Of a stretch of 64,000 bases of DNA, positions 18,129 through 28,286 are shown in pieces. The notes under the pieces were generated by a model. It ran no database searches. It was given only the letters and a program-made list of their open reading frames with translations, and was not told the origin of the DNA. The position numbers and the translations under genes were made by a program. Positions within the stretch are counted from its first letter, which is position 1. Every line of letters begins with the position of its first letter. This DNA is from a virus, in IMG/VR virus record IMGVR_UViG_3300021354_000450, positions 64,001 to 128,000 of that record; one strand, 5' to 3'.

Positions 18129-20975
18129 ATGAGTTATGTAGATGCCATCTGGAACCGTGACGAGGATATCGTCCGTGTTGTTGAAAGAGATCCAGTTAAG
18201 GGTCGAACCTATCAAGAATTTCCCGCAAAGTATATGTTTTATTACCCTGATCAAAAGGGTAAGTATAGATCAATCTATGACGATTCTTTAAGTAAAGTTG
18301 TCTGTAAAAACTGGAAAGACTTTATTAAAGAACAAAAGATTCATAGTACACACAAGTTATTTGAATCAGATATTAATCCAGTATTTCGATGTTTAGAAGA
18401 CAATTATCTTAATCAAGAAGCTCCAAAACTAAATGTAGCGTTTTGGGATATCGAGGTTGACATGCAACCATTTGCTGTTTCAGGACAACACCTGGTAAAG
18501 ATTCGAAAAATAAAAACAGTAGTGGATGAAAAAGAAATAACAGTATTTAAATTAAATGAATTACCAAATAAAGAAGAGTATCAAGTATGGGATGATATTA
18601 AAAAGGAATGGGTTGATATTTACGGATGTAGATATTTAGAAGCAGGACCTGGCTATGCAAGTCCAGAAGATGCATTTATGCCTATTACTGCAATTGCTGT
18701 ACACCTACAATGGTTAGATATGCTGGTGTGTTTAGCTGTTCCACCTAAAACTCTTAAAATGGAACAAGCACAAGAATTAATTAAAGATATTCCGAATACT
18801 TTTCTATTCGACACAGAAGCAGAAATGTTAGAAACATTTTTAAATTTAATTGAAGATGCTGATGTACTAAGTGGGTGGAATAGTGAAGGCTTTGATATGC
18901 CGTATACTGTTAATCGTGTAATAAAAACTCTAAGTAAAGAAGATACTAGACGTTTTTGTTTGTTTGACCAATTTCCAAAGAAACGTGAATACGAAAAATA
19001 CGGAAAGAAAGCAAGTACATATGATCTTGTCGGTCGCGTACATCTTGATAGTCTTGAACTTTATAGAAAATATACCTACGAAGAAAGACACACTTATCGA
19101 TTAGATGCAATTGGTGAGATGGAAGTCGGTGAAACTAAAACTGTTTATGAAGGTACACTTGATCAATTATACAATAATGATTTTCGTACATTTATTCTTT
19201 ATAATAGACAAGATACCGCACTATTAGACAAGTTAGATAAAAAACTTAAATTTATTGACCTTGCTAATACAATTGCACATGAAAATGCAGTTTTGATTGC
19301 AACAACTATGGGTGCAGTTGCAGTAACAGAACAAGCAATTATAATTGAATCACATTCAAAAGGTTTAATTGTTCCAAGTCGTCCAAGAAAAGATGATACT
19401 GCTGATAATCAAGCAGCAGGTGCTTATGTTGCTTATCCAAAAAAAGGATTGCATGATTGGATAGGGTCAATGGATATAAACTCTCTATATCCGAGTGCTA
19501 TTCGTGCATTAAACATGGGTCCAGAAACTATTATTGGTCAACTAAGACAAGATTATTCAAAAGAAGAAATTGCTACCAAGATGGCAAAGAATGGCGGTAA
19601 GTTTGCATTAGCGTGGGAAGGAAAGTTTGGCAGTAATGAATATGAATTTGTTATGGCAAAAGATAAATCACATGATATAATTGTTGATTGGGAAAACGGA
19701 TCAACTGATGTACTAAGTGGTGCTCAAATCTACGAAATGATTTTTAATAGCAATCAACCTTGGATATTAAGTGCAAACGGTACAATCTTTACTTATGAAA
19801 AAGAAGGTATTATTCCAGGTTTGTTAAAAAGATGGTATTCCGAACGTAAGTCCCTTCAAGCAAAACTTAAAGATGCAATTAAAGCAGAAAACGAAGTTGA
19901 AGAAGAATATTGGGATAAACGACAATTGGTAAAAAAGATTTTGCTAAACAGTTTATACGGTGCTATTTTAAATTCAGGATGTAGATTCTTTGATAAACGG
20001 ATCGGTCAATCAACTACATTAACTGGTAGACGTATCGCTCGTCATATGGCTGCAAAAGTAAATGAATATGTTGCAGGCGAATACGATTATATTGGAAAAA
20101 GTATTATATACGGTGATACTGACTCTGTTTATTTTAGTGCATGGCCAATTTTAAAACATGATATCCAAAAAGGACTTATTCCTTGGAACAAAGATACAGT
20201 TGTTCAATTATATGATCAAATTTCTGATGAAGTTAATGCTACATTTCCAAAGTTTATGCTTGATGATTTTCATGTGCCAAAATCACGTGGTGAAGTAATT
20301 AAAGCAGGACGAGAAATTGTTGCTATCAAAGGTTTGTTTATTACTAAGAAAAGATATGCTGTATTATATTTTGATAAAGATGGTAAGAGACAAGACCAAG
20401 ACGGAAAACCTGGAAAGATCAAAGCAATGGGTTTAGATTTAAAACGATCAGATACTCCAGAATTTATGCAAAACTTTTTGAGTGAAGTATTAGAAAAAGT
20501 TTTAAATGGTGCAGAAGAACCGGAAATTTTAGAAATGATTTGTAATTTTAGAACTGAATTTAAAGCAAGACCTGGCTGGGAAAAAGGTAGTCCAAAACGT
20601 GCCAATAAAATAACTGATTATCAAGCTAAAGAAAAGAAACAAGGTAAGGCAAATATGCCGGGTCATGTTCGTGCAAGTATTAATTGGAATACTTTAAAAA
20701 CAATGCATGGTGACAAATATAGTCAACAAATTGTCGATGGTATGAAAGTTATTGTTTGTAAGATTAAAGACAATCCACTCGGTTTTACAAGTGTTGCTTA
20801 TCCAGTTGACGAATTAAGATTACCTAAATGGTTTCAAGAATTACCATTTAATCATAGTGAAATGGAAACTGCAATTATTAATAACAAGTTAGACAATTTA
20901 ATCGGTGTACTTGATTGGGATTTAAGTTCAACAACACAAGATAATAACTTTAACAGTTTATTTTCATTCAATTAA
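18129..20975 (+). CDS. family B DNA polymerase (T4 gp43-like)
   Basis: Exo I DIE, Exo II WNSEGFD, Exo III YNRQD; pol motifs DINSLYPS, KILLNSLYG, YGDTDS, KKRY. Confidence 0.97.
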   Translation: MSYVDAIWNRDEDIVRVVERDPVKGRTYQEFPAKYMFYYPDQKGKYRSIYDDSLSKVVCKNWKDFIKEQKIHSTHKLFESDINPVFRCLEDNYLNQEAPKLNVAFWDIEVDMQPFAVSGQHLVKIRKIKTVVDEKEITVFKLNELPNKEEYQVWDDIKKEWVDIYGCRYLEAGPGYASPEDAFMPITAIAVHLQWLDMLVCLAVPPKTLKMEQAQELIKDIPNTFLFDTEAEMLETFLNLIEDADVLSGWNSEGFDMPYTVNRVIKTLSKEDTRRFCLFDQFPKKREYEKYGKKASTYDLVGRVHLDSLELYRKYTYEERHTYRLDAIGEMEVGETKTVYEGTLDQLYNNDFRTFILYNRQDTALLDKLDKKLKFIDLANTIAHENAVLIATTMGAVAVTEQAIIIESHSKGLIVPSRPRKDDTADNQAAGAYVAYPKKGLHDWIGSMDINSLYPSAIRALNMGPETIIGQLRQDYSKEEIATKMAKNGGKFALAWEGKFGSNEYEFVMAKDKSHDIIVDWENGSTDVLSGAQIYEMIFNSNQPWILSANGTIFTYEKEGIIPGLLKRWYSERKSLQAKLKDAIKAENEVEEEYWDKRQLVKKILLNSLYGAILNSGCRFFDKRIGQSTTLTGRRIARHMAAKVNEYVAGEYDYIGKSIIYGDTDSVYFSAWPILKHDIQKGLIPWNKDTVVQLYDQISDEVNATFPKFMLDDFHVPKSRGEVIKAGREIVAIKGLFITKKRYAVLYFDKDGKRQDQDGKPGKIKAMGLDLKRSDTPEFMQNFLSEVLEKVLNGAEEPEILEMICNFRTEFKARPGWEKGSPKRANKITDYQAKEKKQGKANMPGHVRASINWNTLKTMHGDKYSQQIVDGMKVIVCKIKDNPLGFTSVAYPVDELRLPKWFQELPFNHSEMETAIINNKLDNLIGVLDWDLSSTTQDNNFNSLFSFN

Positions 20976-20978
20976 TGC

Positions 20979-21007
20979 TTGACCATAACTACTTTTGGTT
21001 GTATAAT
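20979..21007 (+). promoter_or_regulatory. sigma70-type promoter
   Basis: TTGACC 20979-20984, 17 bp, TATAAT 21002-21007. Confidence 0.75.
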
Positions 21008-21035
21008 AATAAAACATTTAAAAAAAGGAAAAATA

Positions 21036-21770
21036 ATGATTGATTTACTTAAAGACATTGTATCACACACTCATAACTTAGGTTTTTTAGATACTGTTAA
21101 AATTACAGGTGACGATGAATCAACTAAAGTTGATAGTATGGCTGCTGACCGTTCAGTAATTTTATATGGAGAAGTAAACTCACCCGTGCCAGAAATGAAA
21201 GGTATTTTTGGTATGCCACAACTTAACAAATTAAAAATACATTTAGATTGTCCTGTTTATAAAGAAAATGCAAAACTTGAAATTGTTACAGCAGATCGTA
21301 ATGGTGAAACAGTTCCAGTCGGTATTCATTTTGAAAATGATCTAGGTGATTTTAAAAACGATTATCGTTTTATGAACACCGACATTATTAATGAAAAACT
21401 AAAAACTGTAACATTTAGAGGTGTTACTTGGCATGTAGAAGTTAATCCTACAATTACTTCAATTCAAAGATTTACTTTTCAAGCAAATGCAAATAATGAA
21501 CATCCAACATTCTTAACAAAAGTAGAAAATGGTAATCTAAAGTTTATATTTGGTGATCAATCAACACATGGTGGCGAGTTTGTATTTGCATCAAATGTTG
21601 TAGGTAATTTAACTAAAGCATGGACTTGGCCGGTAAGTCAAGTATTGAGCATTTTAAAAATTGCTGATGCAAACAATGCAAAATTAAGTATTAGTAATGA
21701 CGGTGCAATGCAAATTACTTTAGACAGCGGAATTGCAACTTACAAATACATTATTCCAGCTCAAGCATAA
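21036..21770 (+). CDS. DNA polymerase sliding clamp (gp45/PCNA-like)
   Basis: about 244 aa, two-domain alpha/beta pattern ending YKYIIPA; next to polB, with a clamp loader in the window; ATG 21036 after AAGGA SD. Confidence 0.7.
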   Translation: MIDLLKDIVSHTHNLGFLDTVKITGDDESTKVDSMAADRSVILYGEVNSPVPEMKGIFGMPQLNKLKIHLDCPVYKENAKLEIVTADRNGETVPVGIHFENDLGDFKNDYRFMNTDIINEKLKTVTFRGVTWHVEVNPTITSIQRFTFQANANNEHPTFLTKVENGNLKFIFGDQSTHGGEFVFASNVVGNLTKAWTWPVSQVLSILKIADANNAKLSISNDGAMQITLDSGIATYKYIIPAQA

Positions 21771-21927
21771 TGGGAAGTATAAATCCTACAAACAGGTTTT
21801 CTATCTTTTACGGAACAATTCCATATGTTCTATATATTTCACAGAACCTTGCCAATCCGTTTTAAGGAATATGAACTTTAGTAAGGTGACTCTGGCGGGT
21901 AATAAATAATGAAAAAAGGAATAAAAT

Positions 21928-23436
21928 ATGACAATATCATTATGTAAAATCTGTGGTGCACCCGTTGTTAAATTTATCAAATCAACAAATAAATGGTGGG
22001 ATTGGTGCTCAAACAAATGTATGGGTGCTGATCCTTCAATTTTAGAAAAAAAGAAACAAACAAATTTAAAGAAGTTTGGAGTTGCTCATCCGATGGAATT
22101 AGTAGAAATACGAGATAAAATTAAAACAACAAATTTAGATCGTCATGGGTATGAAAATCCATTTAGTGATAAAGAAATTCAGAAAAAATTAAAACAAACT
22201 TATATTGATAAATTTGGAGTTAATAATCCATCAAAAAATAAAGAAATAATTAAAAAGATCAGTGAATCTGCAATTTTAAGATATGCCGATTCAAAAGAAG
22301 AAATTCTTAACAAACGTCAAGCTACTTCTCTTAAAACATTAGGTGTTGCTTCAAATAAGCAATTACATATTCCAAAAGAATCTATTCGTTTAATGAAAGA
22401 TTTAGAATGGTTAAAAGATCAACATTTTATTCAAAAGAAATCATGTCAACAGATTGCAAATGAATTAGGAGTGTCTGCAACTCCGATCTTAACATTTATG
22501 TCAAATAACGGAATTGAGATAATTCGCCATTCCGTTTCACAAGTTGAACATGAAATAAGAGAATTTGTTAGCACGTTAACTGATGATGAAATTATTTTTA
22601 ATGATCGATCAATTTTATATCCAAAAGAAATAGATGTATTTTTTCCAAGACAACATTTAGGAATCGAAGTAAATGGTGTTTTTTGGCATTCTGAAGAAAG
22701 AGGAAAAGACAAGTATTATCACATTAATAAGACAAAAAAATGTGAAGATAAACAAATTCAACTATTACATATATATGATACTGAATGGGCAAACCCAATT
22801 AAGCAAGAAATTATTAAATCAAAATTAAGACATAAATTTAATAAATCAATAAGAATTTTTGCAAGACAGTGTCTTATAAAAGAAGTTGATAATAAACAAG
22901 CAGAAGAATTTTTAATTGCAAATCATTTACAAGGAAATGTATCTTCGCGTTTTAAAATAGGATTATTTTATAATAATGAATTAATTTCAATTGCAACACT
23001 TGGAGTTTCTCGTTATAATAAATCATATCAATTAGAACTTTTGAGATATTGTAATAAATTAAATCACACAGTTGTTGGCGGCTTAAGCAAAATATTAAAG
23101 TATGTTGCTAATAGAAATAATATCGATTCAATAATCTCATATGCAGATAGAAGATGGACTGCTAATTTAAATCATAATTTGTATGAATCATCAGGATTTA
23201 CATTTTTACACGAGGCATTACCTAATTACAAATATTTTAAAATAACTGATATAAATTTAACACTTCTTTCAAGAAATCAGTTTCAAAAACATTTACTTGA
23301 ATCAAAATTACAAACATTTGATAGCACACTTACAGAATATGAAAATATGACCATAAATGGATATTTTAGAATTTGGGATTGCGGCAATTTAGTATATATT
23401 TGGAAAAATAACAAAAAGGAAAAACATGAAATATAA
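21928..23436 (+). mobile_element. free-standing Hef-like PD-(D/E)xK homing endonuclease gene
   Basis: N-terminal CxxC...C zinc motif, repeated KxTNLxxxG-xNP units, nuclease EIDVF...IEVNGVFWH, C-terminal YADRRW...GYFRIWDCG; TAAATA at 21903. Confidence 0.75.
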
Positions 23437-25060
23437 ACCACCAGTAGATCTAACTCAAGGCGTTGGCGATTCGGCTGTATTTTTGCCAGCTATCAGTTCG
23501 TTTTATTCAACATATATTGCAAAACAACGACTTGAAGAATTTGTTCCAACTGATCGAATCCCAAAAGGATTCGATCGTGGGATCGAAGGAATGAATTTTT
23601 TAAATCCAGAAGACGGATACTTTACTTACAAGTACGGGCTATATTCAGCAGGACATGCACAATTAGATCTTAATAAAAGTCTAATTCAAGAATCAATGAT
23701 TCAACAACGCGATAGAAAAAACACTATGATTCTAGGTGACTCAGGTGGTTATCAAATAGGAAAAGGTGTTCTTAAATTTGATTGGTTAAACTTCGATGGT
23801 CCTAGTGCAAATAAAACTCGTCAAAGCATTTTAGAATGGTTAGAATTAACTGCTGATTGGTCAATGATGCTTGACGTGCCGACCTGGGCTTGTGATCATA
23901 TTCATAGTCCAAAAACAGGTTTAAAAACATTTGAAGACTGTTTAGAAAAAACACGTTTTAATAATGATTACTTTTTACAAAATCGGTTAGGACAAACTAA
24001 ATGGTTAAATGTATTACAAGGTGGTGATTGGGATACTGCTGAAAAATGGTATCTTGGTGTAAAAGAGTTTAGTGATCCAACCGGTCCTTATGCTGGTAAA
24101 GAAGCAGAAGGATGGGCATTTGGAGGTGCTAACATGTGTAAAATGGATATCACTTTAAAACGTCTAATGACCATGCGTGAAGATAAGTTATTAGATGGAA
24201 AAAATTGGATTCACTTTTTAGGAACAGCACAGTTAGATTGGAGTTGTTACTTAACATCAATTCAACGTCAAATTAGAAAACATATAAATCCAGAACTTAC
24301 TATATCATTCGATTGTGCAAGTCCTTTTATCGCAACAGCACATGGTCTTGTTTATACTAATGCACAACACACAACTAAACGTTGGAGTGTTATTATGGAT
24401 AAAGCAATGGATAATAAAGGACTTGCCGGCAGTGAAATTCCATTTCCATTTGAAAGTGAATTTGGTAGACGGTTAACAGTTGGTGATATTTGTTATTATG
24501 ATTTAGGTGTTCCAAAAACACAACAAGAATTAGGCGAAGGTGTTAAATTTAATCACGTTGATCCTAATCATTATACTGTTGTTCCTAAACTTAATAAGTT
24601 GAATAAAATTCCAAATAAAACTTCTTGGGATAGCTTTGCTTATGCATTAATGATGGGACATAATGTATATTGTCATATTGTTGCTGTACAACGTGCAAAT
24701 CAATTAATGGATATCGAACGTGCAAAAGCAGAACCAGATTGGCGTTATTGGAACAAATTAAATGCAAAACAAGCAGGTCAAGATGAATATAGTGATTGGG
24801 TTCCAAGAAATATTTTATATTTTGATCGTTTTGTAACTGAATTGTTTGAAACAACTACTAAAGAAGAAGCATTTGAAATGATTGAACAAGCAATGCCATT
24901 CTTAAAATCGTTAGAAGGTGCAAGATTACAAGGTGGGCCTGCACAAAATACATTTAGTAATTTATTTGAAGTTGAAACCGTAACCAATGCAGAAGAAATC
25001 GATCTTGCGAATCCAGATGACGATGACTTACGTGCTTTAGAAGAAAGTATATCAGAATGA
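23426..25060 (+). CDS. TGT-fold guanine transglycosylase (DpdA-like)
   Basis: GDSGGYQIG, MMLDVP, NVLQG, GWAFGG, IHFLG, SFDCASP, HN motifs; clustered with folE and queE. Confidence 0.8.
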   Translation: MKYKPPVDLTQGVGDSAVFLPAISSFYSTYIAKQRLEEFVPTDRIPKGFDRGIEGMNFLNPEDGYFTYKYGLYSAGHAQLDLNKSLIQESMIQQRDRKNTMILGDSGGYQIGKGVLKFDWLNFDGPSANKTRQSILEWLELTADWSMMLDVPTWACDHIHSPKTGLKTFEDCLEKTRFNNDYFLQNRLGQTKWLNVLQGGDWDTAEKWYLGVKEFSDPTGPYAGKEAEGWAFGGANMCKMDITLKRLMTMREDKLLDGKNWIHFLGTAQLDWSCYLTSIQRQIRKHINPELTISFDCASPFIATAHGLVYTNAQHTTKRWSVIMDKAMDNKGLAGSEIPFPFESEFGRRLTVGDICYYDLGVPKTQQELGEGVKFNHVDPNHYTVVPKLNKLNKIPNKTSWDSFAYALMMGHNVYCHIVAVQRANQLMDIERAKAEPDWRYWNKLNAKQAGQDEYSDWVPRNILYFDRFVTELFETTTKEEAFEMIEQAMPFLKSLEGARLQGGPAQNTFSNLFEVETVTNAEEIDLANPDDDDLRALEESISE

Positions 25061-25593
25061 AAAGAGATTATGAGTCAGGTTCAAAAGAAGGAGTAACGTT
25101 CTTTGTCGGTAAAGAAATTGAACAAACTCCTGCTTTTGGAAAAATAACTTTATTTGTGGTTGGAGTACAAGATGTAGAAGAAATTTTACATCTTGTAAAA
25201 AACTATCCTTATGGTCCTATCGAACACATTTATTTTGGTGCAAATCAAAGTTTTCCAAAATTAAGATATGATGATGTAGAACGTTGGTCAAAATGGGAAG
25301 TTATGATCAAACAATGTTTAGATGCAGGATATCTTTGTACATTAGATTTTGATGTTGAGCAAGTTGAGGGATTATTAGAAAGTTGTTTAGTCGAACATCA
25401 TTTGTTTATTCCGCAAATTTCGGTGAAAATTCCTTACTTGACACAGTTAGGATATAATGCTACAATTAAGATAGACGATAAGGATTTTAAAGCTACAAAT
25501 CCCGGCGTTTGGTGTTTACCAATAAATGATGTAACACAACGAAAGTATTTTACTAATTGGTTTGAATATAAAAACGATGAGATTATAAAATGA
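25057..25593 (+). CDS. hypothetical protein translationally coupled within the deazaguanine cluster
   Basis: ATGA overlaps on both sides; HIYFGANQSF and KIDDKDFKATNPGVWC segments. Confidence 0.8.
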   Translation: MKRDYESGSKEGVTFFVGKEIEQTPAFGKITLFVVGVQDVEEILHLVKNYPYGPIEHIYFGANQSFPKLRYDDVERWSKWEVMIKQCLDAGYLCTLDFDVEQVEGLLESCLVEHHLFIPQISVKIPYLTQLGYNATIKIDDKDFKATNPGVWCLPINDVTQRKYFTNWFEYKNDEIIK

Positions 25594-26012
25594 GCATTGC
25601 GGCGACAATAAGAAATGCAAATCGACAAATTTGGGTAACTTTCAAAAAGGAAGGAATTCACTGTTTTCCAGCGGCAAAAAGCGATCCGAGGTTAAATACA
25701 AATGATGAATACGATGTTTCGTTCCTTGCGAGTCCACATCGTCACATTTTTCACTTTAGAGTGGCAATTGACGTTTTTCACAATGATCGAGATATTGAGT
25801 TTATCCAATTTAAACGCTGGCTAGAAAATTTATATGCCAGTTCTCTCAATAATTCTATTTTAGAACTTAACAACAAGAGTTGCGAAATGATTGCAGATGA
25901 CTTGTATCAGCAAATTGCACAACGATACCCTAATCGTGATGTAGTAATTGAAGTATCCGAAGATGGTGAAAATGGATGCACAATTTCATATAATGGAACA
26001 ACCGTAATTTAA
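25590..26012 (+). CDS. QueD-paralogous T-fold protein (DpdL-like)
   Basis: GIH...LASPHRHIF (LxxxHRHxF instead of the QueD CxxxHGH), SCEMIA, EVSEDGENG. Confidence 0.75.
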   Translation: MSIAATIRNANRQIWVTFKKEGIHCFPAAKSDPRLNTNDEYDVSFLASPHRHIFHFRVAIDVFHNDRDIEFIQFKRWLENLYASSLNNSILELNNKSCEMIADDLYQQIAQRYPNRDVVIEVSEDGENGCTISYNGTTVI

Positions 26013-26023
26013 AGGAAAGCGAA

Positions 26024-26251
26024 ATGGCACAACCCAAATGGCTCAATAAGTATTTGGTTATGAAACCAGATGTCATCAGGATTTATAACGATCTTGAAAC
26101 TTGGCACAATCATTGTCGTATTGAATTGATTGATTTTAATCCAGCAGATTTATACAAATCTAAAGCTTATAAAGATTGGCAACGAACGCAAGAATACTTG
26201 CAACGTAAAGCTCGTCGAGAAGCAAAAGCGAGGCAAAGTAATCAGATTTAA
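26024..26251 (+). CDS. hypothetical protein
   Basis: ORF with AAGGA SD. Confidence 0.7.
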   Translation: MAQPKWLNKYLVMKPDVIRIYNDLETWHNHCRIELIDFNPADLYKSKAYKDWQRTQEYLQRKARREAKARQSNQI

Positions 26252-27063
26252 TCTGTATAGTCTCTGACCTTACATAGTTTATTAAACTCCCAGAAGCCCC
26301 TTAAATGGGGTTTCGTTGTATCAAGTGATGGGCCGATTCCTTGTTCTTTACAAAATTGTATTCGATTGCCTTTGATTATAAAAACTTCCCCAGTCGGAGA
26401 TGTTGCCTGCCATACATAGGCATTATAGTTTTGTTCAGCAAATGAATCTCGTTTAGGACGTCTACGATTAGATTCTTTAGATTTAATTTTTCCCTCTTCT
26501 AATCCTGCCTGCCTAACCGATTCTACCCATTCTTTTCCAAAGTTATTGATAAGTAAATGCCGTATAGTATATTGTGCGTGGCCTGTTTTTTCAGCAGTAG
26601 TTTTAATGGTTTTGTATTTTTCAAAAAATGATTTAATAGAAGCGACATAAGTTTGATGATCAACATAACCGATTTTCTGTGCTATTGAATCCAAATGTTT
26701 GATCTTAACTTTTGGACAACTCATCGAATTTGGAAGAGCAGCAGTTAGTTCTCTAATAGTTTGATATTGTCGGGCTGTTAAAGTCCTTTGTGTTCCAGGC
26801 TTGGTCATCTTAAAAGCATCAACAGCTCTAAGCATCTTAAACCTAAATACTCCAGAAGTCATCTTTACTAATAATAGATGACATATATAATGTTCTCGAG
26901 CAGTTAGTGAAACAAGATTACTTTGGTCATTAGATCCCCCAAGACTCTTTGGATGTATATGATGTTTCTCAAAATAGCCAGAAGGAGCATTACCAATACG
27001 GCGATTGATAATGTTGTAATACCAACGATGATATTTATTGACGATGAAGTTGTTATGACCCAT
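26248..27063 (-). mobile_element. free-standing HNH homing endonuclease gene
   Basis: EKHHIHPKSLGGSNDQSNLVSLTAREHYICHLLL; antisense to the cluster; TAAATA (minus, 27069-27074) just before ATG 27063. Confidence 0.85.
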
Positions 27064-27094
27064 ACGATTATTTATCAATTCGATAGAAAAATGT

Positions 27095-27135
27095 TTGACT
27101 TTAAGAAAATTGTGTTGTATAATGTGTTGTATAAT
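27095..27135 (+). promoter_or_regulatory. sigma70 promoter with a tandemly duplicated -10 region
   Basis: TTGACT 27095-27100, 17 bp, TATAAT 27118-27123; TGTGTTGTATAA repeated at 27111 and 27123. Confidence 0.8.
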
Positions 27136-27153
27136 ATAGTAAAGGAGAAAAAA

Positions 27154-28245
27154 ATGACTGTATATATTGTGGATTTAGAAAAATTAGAAACTCGCTATAC
27201 TAAGCAATGGGCCATTCATGTGCCTAATTTAATAACACAACACGGGCACGAAGTAGTAGTCATCAGTGGTCCAGATGATATTCCATCTATTCCGACTCCT
27301 GGAATGTTTTTAAACTTTTCTGCTACCAATGTATACAAAGCAGTTCAAGTAGAAAAAATCAGCAGATTATTTTGCGAAGGTAAAATTAAAGACGGTGATT
27401 ATTTTCTCTTTACCGATGCTTGGCATCCCGGTGTTATCAATCTAAAATACATGATTAACTTGTTAGGTATTAACGCAAAAATTGGAGGTCTGTGGCACGC
27501 AGGATCTTACGATAAATGGGACGGATTAGGTCGTCTTGTTGGTAATGAACCATGGGTCCGTCACGCTGAGAAAAGTTTTTTCTGGGCATTTGATCATAAC
27601 TATTTTGCAACTGATTTTCATATTAACATGTTTGTTACTAATTTACTAAATAATGGGTTTAATGTTGGTGAATGGAAACAAGAAGATGTTGATAATTTAA
27701 AAAAATCAGGAAGGATTGTAAGAACAGGTTGGCCAATGGAATATATGGAAAATGCATTAGTAGAATATAAAAATATGGAAAAACGCGACCTTATTTTATT
27801 TCCACATCGTATTGCTCCAGAAAAGCAGGTTGAAATTTTTAGAGATTTAAAAGAACACTTACCACAATATGAATTTGTTGTTTGTCAAGATCAATACTTA
27901 ACAAAAAATGAATATCATAATCTATTAGGCGAGGCTAAACTTGTGTTTAGTGCAAATTTACAAGAAACTTTAGGCATTAGTTGTTACGAAGGTGCTGTTG
28001 TAGATGCTATCCCAATGGTTCCTGATCGTTTGAGTTATTCTGAAATGTATTATAGTGCATTTAAATATCCAAGTGAATGGACCGAATCATTTGAATCATA
28101 TGAAAAAAATCGTACTGCAATTTGTCATAGAATTAACCAATATATGGACAATTACAACCAATTAAAAGCAACAGTACGTAAACAAACATCTGACCTTACT
28201 GAGCAATTTTTTAGTTGCAATGTTTTATTAAAGATGTTAAAATAA
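27154..28245 (+). CDS. GT-B fold glycosyltransferase (GT4-like)
   Basis: FPHRIAPEKQ and SANLQETLGISCYEG (E-x7-E) donor-binding motifs; ATG 27154 after AAGGAG SD. Confidence 0.85.
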   Translation: MTVYIVDLEKLETRYTKQWAIHVPNLITQHGHEVVVISGPDDIPSIPTPGMFLNFSATNVYKAVQVEKISRLFCEGKIKDGDYFLFTDAWHPGVINLKYMINLLGINAKIGGLWHAGSYDKWDGLGRLVGNEPWVRHAEKSFFWAFDHNYFATDFHINMFVTNLLNNGFNVGEWKQEDVDNLKKSGRIVRTGWPMEYMENALVEYKNMEKRDLILFPHRIAPEKQVEIFRDLKEHLPQYEFVVCQDQYLTKNEYHNLLGEAKLVFSANLQETLGISCYEGAVVDAIPMVPDRLSYSEMYYSAFKYPSEWTESFESYEKNRTAICHRINQYMDNYNQLKATVRKQTSDLTEQFFSCNVLLKMLK

Positions 28246-28286
28246 AAACACAATGTCATCCACGACATTAACTCGGAGAAATATAA

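Noticed and set aside
18462-18650. Possible intein in the DNA polymerase
   Set aside because: No Cys/Ser N-terminus or His-Asn C-terminus, and too short; kept only as an insertion
23426-25060. Canonical tRNA-modifying Tgt for queuosine
   Set aside because: Divergent, longer, lacks the CxCxxC zinc motif of bacterial Tgt, and no queA/queF/queG or tRNAs are nearby. A DNA-acting DpdA-like role is favoured, though an RNA substrate is not formally excluded
21771-27078. Group I intron hosting the Hef or HNH endonucleases
   Set aside because: Flanking genes appear intact and unsplit, and I could not identify P/Q/R/S core elements; treated as free-standing
26923-27153. N-terminal extension of the glycosyltransferase given in the ORF track
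   Set aside because: Overlaps the antisense HNH gene and the promoter; a strong SD supports ATG 27154. Similar over-extensions were trimmed at 20979, 35636 and 43031
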